Position numbers and translations under genes: made by a program | Origin: Planctomycetota bacterium | Lineage (GTDB): Bacteria > Planctomycetota > Planctomycetia > Pirellulales > Lacipirellulaceae | Length of the DNA: 64,000 nucleotides | Assembly (NCBI GenBank): GCA_039184115.1 | Contig: JBCDBK010000002.1 | Coordinates: forward strand, 18,071-82,070 | Direction of reading: 5' to 3' | Shown: positions 9,418-18,740 of the stretch, in pieces | Layout: each line of letters starts with the position of its first letter | How positions within the stretch are numbered: position 1 is the first letter of the stretch | The notes under the pieces: generated by a model | Seen by the model: the letters and a program-made list of their open reading frames with translations, nothing else | Told to the model about the DNA's origin: nothing | The model's database searches: none

Positions 9418-11184
9418 ATGAAGACACGGGCAATCATCCAAGCGAGAATGTTGAGTTCTCGCCTTCGCGGCAAGTCATTGATGGCGGTGGCCGGTAAGCC
9501 TTTGCTCTTGCGAGTTCTGGAACGCATCGACGGACTCGACTTTGTTGACGAAGTCGTTGTCGCCACGACTATCGACGCCGCTGATGAACCGATCGAAGCA
9601 CTGGTCACGAGCCGAGGTTGGGGCTGCGTCCGCGGCGATCGGACCGACGTGCTCGACCGCTTTGTGCAAGCTGCCTTCGACCTGGACGACAGCGATTGCA
9701 TCTTGCGTTACACGGCCGACAACCCCCTCTATGACCCGCACAGGACGGCCCAAGCATTTCAGGTTCACCTCGATGCCAAGGCGGACTACACCCACATCGA
9801 TGGGCTGTCGCACATGGTGCCCGAGTTCATCCGCGTGGGCTGCCTGCGCGAAGCCGCGCGGACCACAGAGGACGCGTTCGACCGCGAACACGTCACGCCA
9901 TTCCTGCGGAAAAGTACCGATCGATTTCAAGTTCAGAAGTTGCCGGCCGACTTTGCGGACCTGCGGCCTGATCACGATCAACACCTGACCATCGACAACA
10001 GCTCCCAGCTGGCGGCCTTTGAGACGATGCTCGAACACGTCGAACCCGATGGCAAACTTGCTGACTTGGACGAGTGCTACGCCTGGCTCGATCGCCGGGG
10101 CGTCGGGCTGCCAACATCGTCGAACTCGTCAGTCGCCGAGGCACCACCGCTACGCATCAAGCTCGCTGGTCACGAAGTCGGGGACGGCTGTCCTTGCTTT
10201 ATTGTTGCCGAGATCGGCCAGAATCATAATGGCCAAATCGGTATGGCCAAACGCCTAATCGACATGGCGGCCGACTGCGGTTGCGATGCCGTAAAATTTC
10301 AGAAACGCGATATTCGGTGGGAACTAACCGACGAAGCCTACAACCGGCCCTACGACAATCCAAATTCGTTTGGCAAGACTTATGGCCTGCATCGCGAGTT
10401 TCTCGAACTGGACGAAGAGCAACACACCGAACTGCGCGAGTACGCCGTGGCACGCGGGCTCGTTTATTTTTGCACCGCCTGCGATCCACCATCCGTCGAG
10501 TTGATGGAGCGAGTGGACAATCCGGTCTACAAAATTGCCTCGCGCGACATCACGAATATTCCGCTCCTGCATTGTGTTGCACAGACGGGGAAACCGGTCA
10601 TCATTTCGACAGGCATGGCTGGCACCGACGAGATTCGCGATGCGCTCGACGCTCTCGGCTCCAGCGACGTGCTTATCACGCACTGCGTCTCCCAATATCC
10701 GACGCAGATCGAAAACGTCAACCTGCTCGCCATGGACGCGATTCGCGAGGAGTTTCACCTGCCAGTAGGTCTGTCGGATCACACGACTGGCGTAATTACG
10801 TGTGTTGCGGCCGCCTCGATGGGAGCCTGTTTCATCGAGAAGCACGTGACCATGTCGCGCGCTATGCAGGGAACCGACCACGCGGCGGCGCTCGAAGAAG
10901 AAGGGCTGCGCCGCCTCGTACGCTACATCCGCACCTGTGCGATCGCGATGGGTGAAAAACGTAAGTTCTACAACCCGGTCGTAGACGCAGCCAAAGCCAA
11001 GCTCGCCCGTAGCTTGACCAGCGCTGTCACGATTCCGTCGGGCAGTGTGCTAACTGAGGAGATGATCACGCTCAAGAGCCCGGGTGATGGGCTCCCTTGG
11101 CGGGAACGAGACCAACTGCTCGGCAAGCGTGCCAAAGCGGACATTCCTGTCGATCAAACGCTTACTAGGGAACACTTTGAGTAG
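9418..11184 (+). CDS. bifunctional SpsF-like cytidylyltransferase / NeuB-type nonulosonic acid synthase fusion
   Basis: The N-terminal ~230 aa (MKTRAIIQARMLSSRLRGKSLMAVAGKPLL...VVVATT) resemble SpsF/acylneuraminate cytidylyltransferases. The C-terminal ~340 aa (CFIVAEIGQNHNGQIGMAKRLIDMAADCGCDAVKFQKR, GLSDHT) resemble the NeuB/SpsE aldolase TIM barrel. A terminal SAF-like domain (VLTEEMITLKSPGDGL) follows. Confidence 0.85.
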   Translation: MKTRAIIQARMLSSRLRGKSLMAVAGKPLLLRVLERIDGLDFVDEVVVATTIDAADEPIEALVTSRGWGCVRGDRTDVLDRFVQAAFDLDDSDCILRYTADNPLYDPHRTAQAFQVHLDAKADYTHIDGLSHMVPEFIRVGCLREAARTTEDAFDREHVTPFLRKSTDRFQVQKLPADFADLRPDHDQHLTIDNSSQLAAFETMLEHVEPDGKLADLDECYAWLDRRGVGLPTSSNSSVAEAPPLRIKLAGHEVGDGCPCFIVAEIGQNHNGQIGMAKRLIDMAADCGCDAVKFQKRDIRWELTDEAYNRPYDNPNSFGKTYGLHREFLELDEEQHTELREYAVARGLVYFCTACDPPSVELMERVDNPVYKIASRDITNIPLLHCVAQTGKPVIISTGMAGTDEIRDALDALGSSDVLITHCVSQYPTQIENVNLLAMDAIREEFHLPVGLSDHTTGVITCVAAASMGACFIEKHVTMSRAMQGTDHAAALEEEGLRRLVRYIRTCAIAMGEKRKFYNPVVDAAKAKLARSLTSAVTIPSGSVLTEEMITLKSPGDGLPWRERDQLLGKRAKADIPVDQTLTREHFE

Positions 11185-11188
11185 GTCG

Positions 11189-11866
11189 GTGCACGTTGGC
11201 CATCCGAGATTTCGAGGGCTGATCTTCGACAACGGAGACATCCTCTTCGACGCCTCGCTATGGCGACGCTGGCTACACACCGAGATTGAGGCCCTCGACA
11301 TCAAGGTCACCTTCGACGAACTAGTTGCCCATTGGGAATCGGAACTGGTCGACGTGTATCAAGGCAAAGCAGCCTATTGGGATCGCTTTGACAAGCTGTT
11401 GGGGCGATTGAAGGTGCCGACAGCGTCTCGCACCATGCTGACCGATGCCGCCAAACAAAAGGCTAAAGCCGTTCAGACCGACCGCCTACCGATGCCGGGC
11501 GTGCCGGAAACGCTAGCGCAGTTGCGACAACAAGGCGTCAAGCTCGCCGTACTGTCCGATACCGAAGGCGGCGAAGTCGCGGTGCGCGGCATCCTACAAC
11601 AACTGGGCGTCGAGGATTTTTTTGACAGTGTGATTGCATCGTCGGACATTGGTTATTCGAAACCGGCACCCGAAGCCTACGCCTCTGCCGTAAAATCGCT
11701 TGCTCTCTCGCACGACCAATGCGCCTTCGTCGCGCACGACGTGGACGAACTGACCGGTGCGCAAGACGTCGGCCTTTTTGCCATCGCTTACAACGACACG
11801 CCCTCCGCACCACGCGATGCGACCGTCGAGCATTTTTCTGAGTTGCTTAAATTCGCGCAAGCGTGA
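11189..11866 (+). CDS. HAD-superfamily hydrolase (subfamily IA-like, atypical motif I)
   Basis: Track ORF 11084..11866, trimmed to GTG 11189, which lies just after the NeuB stop at 11184. Motif I is LIFDNGDILFD (D-N-G-D, not the canonical DxDxT). Motif II is LAVLSDT, the motif III lysine is in GYSKPAPEAY, and motif IV is HDVDELTGA. Confidence 0.65.
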   Translation: MHVGHPRFRGLIFDNGDILFDASLWRRWLHTEIEALDIKVTFDELVAHWESELVDVYQGKAAYWDRFDKLLGRLKVPTASRTMLTDAAKQKAKAVQTDRLPMPGVPETLAQLRQQGVKLAVLSDTEGGEVAVRGILQQLGVEDFFDSVIASSDIGYSKPAPEAYASAVKSLALSHDQCAFVAHDVDELTGAQDVGLFAIAYNDTPSAPRDATVEHFSELLKFAQA

Positions 11867-12864
11867 GCCAGTTTGAAAAACTCCATGGCGTGGTGGTCGG
11901 GCTCGGCTCGATTGGCAACCGCCACTTGCAAAATCTCGTGCAATTGGGCGTTGGTCGCCTGACGGTAGTGCGTCGCGCGACGTCGCAGAACCAGCAGTTC
12001 GAAGTGCCCGACACGGTGAGGATGTCGCACGACCTCGACGAGACTTTGGCGACAGCACCAGATTTTGTCGTTGTCTGCAATCCATCTCATCTGCACGTCG
12101 AAACGGCGACCAAGTGTTTGGCGGCAGGTTGCCACGTGCTGATCGAAAAGCCCTTGAGTGCTGATTTGGGCAGTGATGAGCGACGACTTCAAGCTTTCGC
12201 TGAGCAATCCGACCGCGTCGCGGCAATGGCCTACTGCATGCGTTATCACCCTGCCTACCGGCGCGCCCGGGAACTTATCCTTGCGGGCGCCATCGGTCGC
12301 GTTTTGTATGGCAAGGCGTGGTTCGAAGGTTTTTTACCCGACTGGCACCCTTGGGAAGACTACCGTACATCTTACGCCGCTTTGCGCGGCCAGTCCGGCG
12401 GCGTGCTCCGCACGCTCGATCACGAACTCGACTTCCTCAATTGGGCGCTTGGACCAGCGACGGACGCCATTGGCTGGGCGACCAATGTCGGCGGCATTGG
12501 CATCGAGGCCGACGATCTGGCGATGTACCAACTCCGTCACGCCGGCGGAGTCTGCAGCCAACTGCTCACGTCTTTCTGTCGCAAGCCCGCCTCGCGTGGA
12601 TTTGAGTTTGTTGGAGATAATGGCACGCTTTGCTTCCGCATGGAAGAACCTAAGCTGCTTTGTTCAACACACGTCTCTTCGGCAGAGGCAACGACTGTCG
12701 AAGACCTTACGGAATACGATATCAATCGAATGTACTTCGATCTCGTTCAAGATTTTCTTAACGCGGTTTGTGGAAACACCTCAACGTCGATCCCCAGGCT
12801 CACCGACGGACTCAAATGCGCGACGCTGTTTGAACAGATAGACCACGAGGAAGTCCTGGAGTGA
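11863..12864 (+). CDS. Gfo/Idh/MocA-family NAD(P)-dependent sugar oxidoreductase
   Basis: N-terminal Rossmann motif VVVGLGSIGNRHLQNL, with EKP in VLIEKPLS typical of the family. GTGA start/stop overlap with the upstream gene. Confidence 0.85.
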   Translation: MSQFEKLHGVVVGLGSIGNRHLQNLVQLGVGRLTVVRRATSQNQQFEVPDTVRMSHDLDETLATAPDFVVVCNPSHLHVETATKCLAAGCHVLIEKPLSADLGSDERRLQAFAEQSDRVAAMAYCMRYHPAYRRARELILAGAIGRVLYGKAWFEGFLPDWHPWEDYRTSYAALRGQSGGVLRTLDHELDFLNWALGPATDAIGWATNVGGIGIEADDLAMYQLRHAGGVCSQLLTSFCRKPASRGFEFVGDNGTLCFRMEEPKLLCSTHVSSAEATTVEDLTEYDINRMYFDLVQDFLNAVCGNTSTSIPRLTDGLKCATLFEQIDHEEVLE

Positions 12865-13757
12865 CTGCGTTCCCGAATACCTCACCTGGGCATAGCGTGA
12901 GCTGTCGTTGGTGTGATTACTTCGATTCACAGGTGGAATACCGACTGGACTGGAAAGATGAGCGATTTGCCACCTACTCGGTCCATCGATGTCCTCAATG
13001 CACCTTCGCTTACGTGAACCCATTTCCTACTACCGAGCAGCTTGGCATGCTCTACGATAGTATCGAATATCACGCTGAAGATCGTCAGGCCGGCGACTTT
13101 TGGAAGATGGACTCGGAGCAGGTGGAGAAAACCATCCAAAAAGAACGATATTTCTACGTGAAATACGATTTGCCCTCCACTGGCACCATGTTTGACATCG
13201 GTGCGGGATGGGGCACGCTCATCAAGTACTTTTCCGATCAGGGCTGGCGGGCCAGCGGTATGGAGCTTGCCGCCACGCAGACTAAGTTTGCCAAAGAAAA
13301 ACTTGAAGTCACAGTCCACCAAGCCGCCATCGAGCAACTCGACGACCTGAATCTTGGAAGATTCGATCTGATCACGATGCGACATGTACTCGAGCATTTC
13401 GCGAACCCGCTCGCAACCCTACAGTCGGTGCGACGACGTCTGCATGATAGCAGCAAACTTATTATCGAAGTCCCCGATTATGGGAGCTGGGATCGACGCG
13501 CTTATGGCGACCAGTGGCCTGGGTTTGGACCGTATCACCTCTGGTACTTTTCGCGATCCAGTCTGCAAAAGTTGTTGAACGCGGCCGGCTTCGAGATTCT
13601 CGGCTTCAAAACATTCCTCTCTGACCGTCTTTTCTCCAAGCCAGGCCCAGCTCGTCGAATCCTGCGCAGCCTAGCGAATAGGCTTCAAGCTGAGAGAATA
13701 TTCTCCGGTCGGTCCATCGGCCTCCTGGCATCACCTACTGGCGAGCTAAAGCCGTAG
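12861..13757 (+). CDS. class I SAM-dependent methyltransferase with N-terminal Cys4 zinc-ribbon
   Basis: The CRWC...CPQC ribbon precedes SAM motif I MFDIGAGWGTLIKYF and the post-I/II segment FDLITMRHVLEHFANP. Start overlaps the upstream stop. Confidence 0.8.
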   Translation: MTAFPNTSPGHSVSCRWCDYFDSQVEYRLDWKDERFATYSVHRCPQCTFAYVNPFPTTEQLGMLYDSIEYHAEDRQAGDFWKMDSEQVEKTIQKERYFYVKYDLPSTGTMFDIGAGWGTLIKYFSDQGWRASGMELAATQTKFAKEKLEVTVHQAAIEQLDDLNLGRFDLITMRHVLEHFANPLATLQSVRRRLHDSSKLIIEVPDYGSWDRRAYGDQWPGFGPYHLWYFSRSSLQKLLNAAGFEILGFKTFLSDRLFSKPGPARRILRSLANRLQAERIFSGRSIGLLASPTGELKP

Positions 13758-13769
13758 AGTTTCGTTATT

Positions 13770-14567
13770 ATGACAATTCTCGAAAATCTTTTTCGTCTCG
13801 ATGGCCAAGTCGCCATCGTCAATGGCGGCGCAGGTCGCATTGGCTCGCAGCTTTGCCTCGCACTGGCGGATGCGGGCGCGGCAGTCGTCGTCCTCGACCT
13901 CGACGAAGCAGCTGCAACGCGCACCGCCGCGGAAGTCGAATCGTCAACCGACGGCAAGTGCCTCCCCATCGCCGCCGACACGACCAGCGCTGAGAGCCTT
14001 GAGCAAGCACTCGCACAAATCCAAGCTAAACTGGGCGTTCCGTCTGTCCTGGTAAATGCCACCCAATATCGCGGCAGTGGATTTTACGGCTCTGACCCGG
14101 CCGATCATCCAATCGACGCATGGAACAAAGTGCTCGAAGTTAACCTCACAGGCGTGCTGATCGCTTGCCAAGTCTTTGGCCGCGCGATGATGGAAAATGG
14201 CGGTGGTCGGATCGTCAATCTATCAAGCACCTACGGCGTCGGCTCCGCCGACCCGCGCATCTATGGCGACTCCGGTGTCAATTCTCCCGTTTCGTACGCC
14301 GCCTCGAAGTCCGGCGTGCTGAACCTTACTCGCTATTTGGCCATCCACTGGCGAGAGAAGAACATCCGCGTCAACTGCCTCGTCCCCGGGGGCGTGTTCG
14401 ACAACCAAGACGACGAGTTCGTCCAGCAGTACAGCGCACGTACTCCGCTGGGCCGCATGGCCAACGCCGACGAATACCAGGGGGCGGTACTGTTTATGGT
14501 CTCCGAAGCGTCTTCGTACATGACCGGCGCGACCGTAACCGTCGATGGAGGCTGGACGGCTTGGTGA
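13770..14567 (+). CDS. short-chain dehydrogenase/reductase (SDR)
   Basis: Cofactor motif VNGGAGRIGSQLCLALADAGAAVVVLD. Catalytic SSTYG...YAASKSGVLNLTRYLA (YxxxK). Confidence 0.9.
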   Translation: MTILENLFRLDGQVAIVNGGAGRIGSQLCLALADAGAAVVVLDLDEAAATRTAAEVESSTDGKCLPIAADTTSAESLEQALAQIQAKLGVPSVLVNATQYRGSGFYGSDPADHPIDAWNKVLEVNLTGVLIACQVFGRAMMENGGGRIVNLSSTYGVGSADPRIYGDSGVNSPVSYAASKSGVLNLTRYLAIHWREKNIRVNCLVPGGVFDNQDDEFVQQYSARTPLGRMANADEYQGAVLFMVSEASSYMTGATVTVDGGWTAW

Positions 14568-14656
14568 AGTTTTATTGTAACGGTGATGTTGGCCAATGCT
14601 GCGGGATTGCCCAATCGTCCGCCCGCCTGACGATTGATCTCTTGGACTAGATAATC

Positions 14657-15778
14657 GTGGGCGAACTCGTTCTTATTGCCGGCGCGCCGCGAAGCGGCAC
14701 CACACTGCTCTCAAACTTGCTAGACAGCCACCCCGACTTTTTTGTTTTCCCCATGGAACATGGAGTCTTTGAGACCTTCCACAATCACGCTGACAAAGAA
14801 GTCTTTCGTAAGGCGTTCGTAGTAGACCGTCAGTTTGGGTCGCAAGCGACACTGGGGAACGCGGAAGCCTACCGAATCTATTCGGACAAAGTTCAGCGAG
14901 TGTTGCACCGTGGGTGGAATTTGAAAGTTGACACCGAAGCATTTCAAACTGAGTACGTGTCGCAAATGGCAGCTCAGCCTATCGAACTGAGTAAAATCTT
15001 CCACGCACTCGCGAAGGCACTCGCTGCAAGCAGCGACTACTATCGCGAACGAATGAAAATTGCCAAGTATTTTGTCTTCAAGCAGCCCTTCCACACCGAG
15101 CTGTACTTCAATAAATCTCGCGAACAACTCAGCGCAACTTGGCTGCACGTCATTCGAAATGTTCTCAGCCGCTACTGCTCGGCGAAGTCACGGCGGATTC
15201 GCGCGGCTGATGGGTCATTGCGGACAACCAGACTAATTAATCGGCTACCAGCTAACATTGGCCACTGCGAGATCGGGATTCTGTCACATTGGATGGCCCG
15301 TCAGAATACTGCAGCTTGCGCCAAATATCACGTGGTCGACTATGAGCAGCTTACTGGTCCCGCCAGGCAAGGCTACCTGAGCAGTGTCTTGACCCATCTC
15401 GGCGCAAAATCCCAAGATTTACTGCCGACGGAGGCCGGTCAAAGTGTGCCGCCAAATTCCAGTTCTCAAAGCGCTGACATAGGACCGATTACCTACGACC
15501 AGGTGACCAACTCCGCAGAGCGAGCTTCGACAGCCTACTTTCTGTCGTGCGTCGCACCTCAGTTACCTTCGCTCGGACTAGAGAAATCCCCTTTCTCCAG
15601 AGCGATCGCTTACTGGTGGCTTCGATTTAAGCATGAAAGATGGCGTGACTATGGACTTCGACTTGCGCTTTCCTACCCGTACTTTCGCAAGATTCGTAGT
15701 TACGATTGCGAAGCGCGACTGAGCGACATCCTGCTTCGCATGAAATCACGTAGCTTTCAAGTGAGTGGCGAAACCTAA
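14657..15778 (+). CDS. PAPS-dependent sulfotransferase family protein
   Basis: GTG start. The 5'-phosphosulfate-binding loop is LIAGAPRSGTTLLSNLLDSHPDF. The 3'-phosphate-binding-like segment is LHVIRNVLSRYCSAKSR. Confidence 0.7.
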   Translation: MGELVLIAGAPRSGTTLLSNLLDSHPDFFVFPMEHGVFETFHNHADKEVFRKAFVVDRQFGSQATLGNAEAYRIYSDKVQRVLHRGWNLKVDTEAFQTEYVSQMAAQPIELSKIFHALAKALAASSDYYRERMKIAKYFVFKQPFHTELYFNKSREQLSATWLHVIRNVLSRYCSAKSRRIRAADGSLRTTRLINRLPANIGHCEIGILSHWMARQNTAACAKYHVVDYEQLTGPARQGYLSSVLTHLGAKSQDLLPTEAGQSVPPNSSSQSADIGPITYDQVTNSAERASTAYFLSCVAPQLPSLGLEKSPFSRAIAYWWLRFKHERWRDYGLRLALSYPYFRKIRSYDCEARLSDILLRMKSRSFQVSGET

Positions 15779-16877
15779 GGTGCTGGTCAGCGGTCTCAAG
15801 GTCGTATATCGAGACTTCGTTCGTCGCCTGCGTTCGCTTACGCAACGCATAAGGCTTCGATCTCAGAATGTTGTCGTTGACGAGGGTTTCTCTGTGAGCG
15901 GAGTCGTCAAGTACCACTTCGGCGCAAAGACGACCATTCGACGTAACCTGCGGATACACGGAAAGGAAACTCCAAATTCAACGCCGGGTAGCGTTTCTCT
16001 CGGACAACGGGTGGCGGTCGGAGAATCATGTGAATTCGGCGTCCAATCTGGCGCTCAGTTCGTGATCGCGGACAACGCCACGGTCAATGATCGATGCAAA
16101 CTATTTGGCGATGTACGTATTGGTGCTTACTGCCTACTATCGGCTAACATCTATGTGTCGTCCTACAACCACGTCACGACGAGCCATCCGTTTTGGAACA
16201 TCAAGGATCAAGACCGATTGCTGACGTCGCAAGCGGCAACGAGCGCCGTAAGCTCTTCTCCGGTGGTGATTGAAGAAGATGCTTGGATTGGATACGGCGT
16301 GTTCATTAAGCCGGGCGTCTACATCGGCAAGGGTGCCATCGTGGGTGCCGGAGCGATCGTAACTCGCGACGTGCTGCCTTACGCGATTCATGTCGGAGTG
16401 CCAAATCAGCAGCAGGGACGGCGTATCGAATTCCGTCCACCAGATCATTTGCAAGCCTCAGACGAATCGCACCTGCCCTATTTCTATCGCGGTTTCGGAA
16501 CAAGTCTCGAAGAACGAGAACAAGCGGCAAAGTCTGGCGGAATCTACGCCTCATCGCATGCCTATTGCCTATTGAATCGTCAGGCCGATGCGGCCAAGTT
16601 AAAAATTATCGCTTGCTCTGCTGGCCAATTTCACACAATGCCGTCGCAGGTGGAAGTCTTTGTGTCGGGAAAACGTGTCGGGCAGATGGAGCTCGGCACA
16701 GAAATGACCTGCCATGAATTCGCGACCGACGGAGCTGTCGCCGCTTCGCATGATAAATCGGACGATCCAATCTATCTTCTGAGCAGCTCCTATAACATTG
16801 TCGAACTCCGGCTACTCGAATCCACTGACGCAGACCGATATGCGTACGTACTCGAATCGATTTCTCAATCCCCGTAA
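15765..16877 (+). CDS. left-handed beta-helix (hexapeptide) acyltransferase with extra C-terminal domain
   Basis: Hexapeptide run IEEDAWIGYGVFIKPGVYIGKGAIVGAGAIVTRDVLPYAIHVGVP. About 140 aa of unassigned C-terminal sequence follow. GTG start at 15765 or 15780. Confidence 0.75.
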   Translation: MAKPKVLVSGLKVVYRDFVRRLRSLTQRIRLRSQNVVVDEGFSVSGVVKYHFGAKTTIRRNLRIHGKETPNSTPGSVSLGQRVAVGESCEFGVQSGAQFVIADNATVNDRCKLFGDVRIGAYCLLSANIYVSSYNHVTTSHPFWNIKDQDRLLTSQAATSAVSSSPVVIEEDAWIGYGVFIKPGVYIGKGAIVGAGAIVTRDVLPYAIHVGVPNQQQGRRIEFRPPDHLQASDESHLPYFYRGFGTSLEEREQAAKSGGIYASSHAYCLLNRQADAAKLKIIACSAGQFHTMPSQVEVFVSGKRVGQMELGTEMTCHEFATDGAVAASHDKSDDPIYLLSSSYNIVELRLLESTDADRYAYVLESISQSP

Positions 16878-16961
16878 TTTGAAAAGCATGATCAAGCAGC
16901 CTGGTCTCTTGCCTCCAACCAGCGGGTCACTTACTGTTCCAAGCTGCAAACGAATAGACCG

Positions 16962-17897
16962 ATGAGTTTCATCCGCAAAGTTAACAATCGACTCCGGCTA
17001 TACCGCCAAATGTTTTCAAGCCGGCACCGCGCGCTTTTTCACCTGCAGAGGCAGCTACTTTCGAAGCGGACCAGAGATCGCGCGACCAAGTTCGTGCAGT
17101 TCTGTTCAGCACGCAAACGCGAGCATTTCCCTGGCGATTCGACATATTTTAGCGGCCTAGATCATGACGCAGTCATCTCGAACCTACGACGAGATGGGTT
17201 CACCGTGCTCGGCAAGCTGTTCGATGCAACAACGGTGGCAAGAATTCTTGATAGCGTAAAAGGGCTCAAAGCTTACGACTACTTGGTCGACAAAGACAAA
17301 CTCTTTAACGTTGATCAACTTCCCGATGGCGTACGGACTGCCATGTTTCGTCGCGAAGACTTGGCTGAAGTCGACGAAATCACCAAGATTGCGAATGATC
17401 CAAAGTTGCTTTCGGTAGTACAAGACTATTTGGGTGCGGCACCCTTGCTCTCGAATATTCTCATGTGGTGGTCATACCCAGCTGGGTCGGCAATCGGGCC
17501 TCAGCACTTTCATCGCGATGTCGATGACTTTAGATTCTTGAAACTGTTCGTCTATCTGACCGATGTCGATGAGAATCGCGGACCGCATGTCTGCGTGAAG
17601 ACGTCGCACACTGATAGCGACGCCGGCATGCGTGAATTGCGCAGATACCAAGACGATGAGATCTTTGGCAGGTACGGAAACGACGCGGTAACGACCATCG
17701 TCGGCACTGCGGGAACTGCCTTGCTTTCTGATTCGTTCGGCTTCCATAAAGGCACTCCTCCCTCAACGGGCACCCGGCTGTTGCTTCAGTTTCAATGGTC
17801 GCTGTTGCCAATCGGCATCGAGAACTACCAGCCTACTCAACGCCAACCAGCCTATCCCTACGACCGAGAAGTCAACCGCCTTCTGATTGCGAAGTGA
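16962..17897 (+). CDS. phytanoyl-CoA dioxygenase (PhyH)-family Fe(II)/2-oxoglutarate oxygenase
   Basis: HxD iron motif in PQHFHRDVDDFRFLKLFVYLTDVDENRGPH. The distal His is in SFGFHKG. Confidence 0.65.
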   Translation: MSFIRKVNNRLRLYRQMFSSRHRALFHLQRQLLSKRTRDRATKFVQFCSARKREHFPGDSTYFSGLDHDAVISNLRRDGFTVLGKLFDATTVARILDSVKGLKAYDYLVDKDKLFNVDQLPDGVRTAMFRREDLAEVDEITKIANDPKLLSVVQDYLGAAPLLSNILMWWSYPAGSAIGPQHFHRDVDDFRFLKLFVYLTDVDENRGPHVCVKTSHTDSDAGMRELRRYQDDEIFGRYGNDAVTTIVGTAGTALLSDSFGFHKGTPPSTGTRLLLQFQWSLLPIGIENYQPTQRQPAYPYDREVNRLLIAK

Positions 17898-17968
17898 CGA
17901 GTCCATTGTGTCGTCTGCAGCGAGTTGCTGCTCACCAATGTTCTTAAAGCGATGTACCACCACACCAT

Positions 17969-18634
17969 GTGCCGACGAAACAATGCGCGTTGTTGGGACC
18001 GTTCTCGTTGAAGAAACTGCTTAAGAAGCTCTCGCAGTCAGAAGATCGCTTCGACGACTTGGTCACGTGTGCCCGTGGCGTTCTTTTCAATCGTTCACGG
18101 CTGTTTCGCTCGTCGATGGTTAGCTACAAAAATACGGGGCGACTGGAGATCAACGGCCGCCTGGATCTTGGGTTTCTTACGAATCGAATGAACCTCGATC
18201 CTCGAGCAAAGGGAGTACTGCGAATTTACGATGACGGCTCGTTTCTGGTTCATGGCTACGCAAGAATTGCACGGAGTTGTAAAGTCTACGTGGCCGGCAA
18301 GCTGGCGATTGGCGACCGCAGCTACATCAATCCTGGCACAATGATCTTTGCACGCACGTCAGTCAGCATTGGATCGGGATGCGCAATCTCATGGGACTGC
18401 GAGATCATTGACGACGACTTTCACCACGTCGAGTCAAAAACCGAATCATCGGCTCCAATCTCGATCGGAAACAACGTTTGGATCGGTTCGCACACTTCGG
18501 TATTGAAGGGCGTGACCATTGGAGACGGAGCCATCATCGGCTCCAGATCTGTGGTCACAAGAGATGTCCCTGCCAACTGCCTCGCCGTCGGACAACCGGC
18601 CAAAGTCATTAGGCACGACGTCCAGTGGCGGTAG
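17969..18634 (+). CDS. hexapeptide-repeat O-acetyltransferase (WcaF/Maa-like)
   Basis: [54 protein letters not shown] start is taken from the track; the true start is uncertain. Confidence 0.8.
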   Translation: MPTKQCALLGPFSLKKLLKKLSQSEDRFDDLVTCARGVLFNRSRLFRSSMVSYKNTGRLEINGRLDLGFLTNRMNLDPRAKGVLRIYDDGSFLVHGYARIARSCKVYVAGKLAIGDRSYINPGTMIFARTSVSIGSGCAISWDCEIIDDDFHHVESKTESSAPISIGNNVWIGSHTSVLKGVTIGDGAIIGSRSVVTRDVPANCLAVGQPAKVIRHDVQWR

Positions 18635-18740
18635 ATTGCGGATACTCCGTCGATCAGCTCCAACAAGCATTGACAGTCCACTGACAGAACACGCAAAACT
18701 AGCGCGTACCTAAGCAAAGCACCGCGAGGCTGATACAAGA

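Noticed and set aside
11189-11866. Confident call of the HAD gene as a nonulosonate-9-phosphate phosphatase
   Set aside because: Motif I is D-N-G-D rather than DxDxT, so the general acid/base Asp of HAD phosphatases appears to be missing. I kept it only as a caveated hypothesis in the findings.
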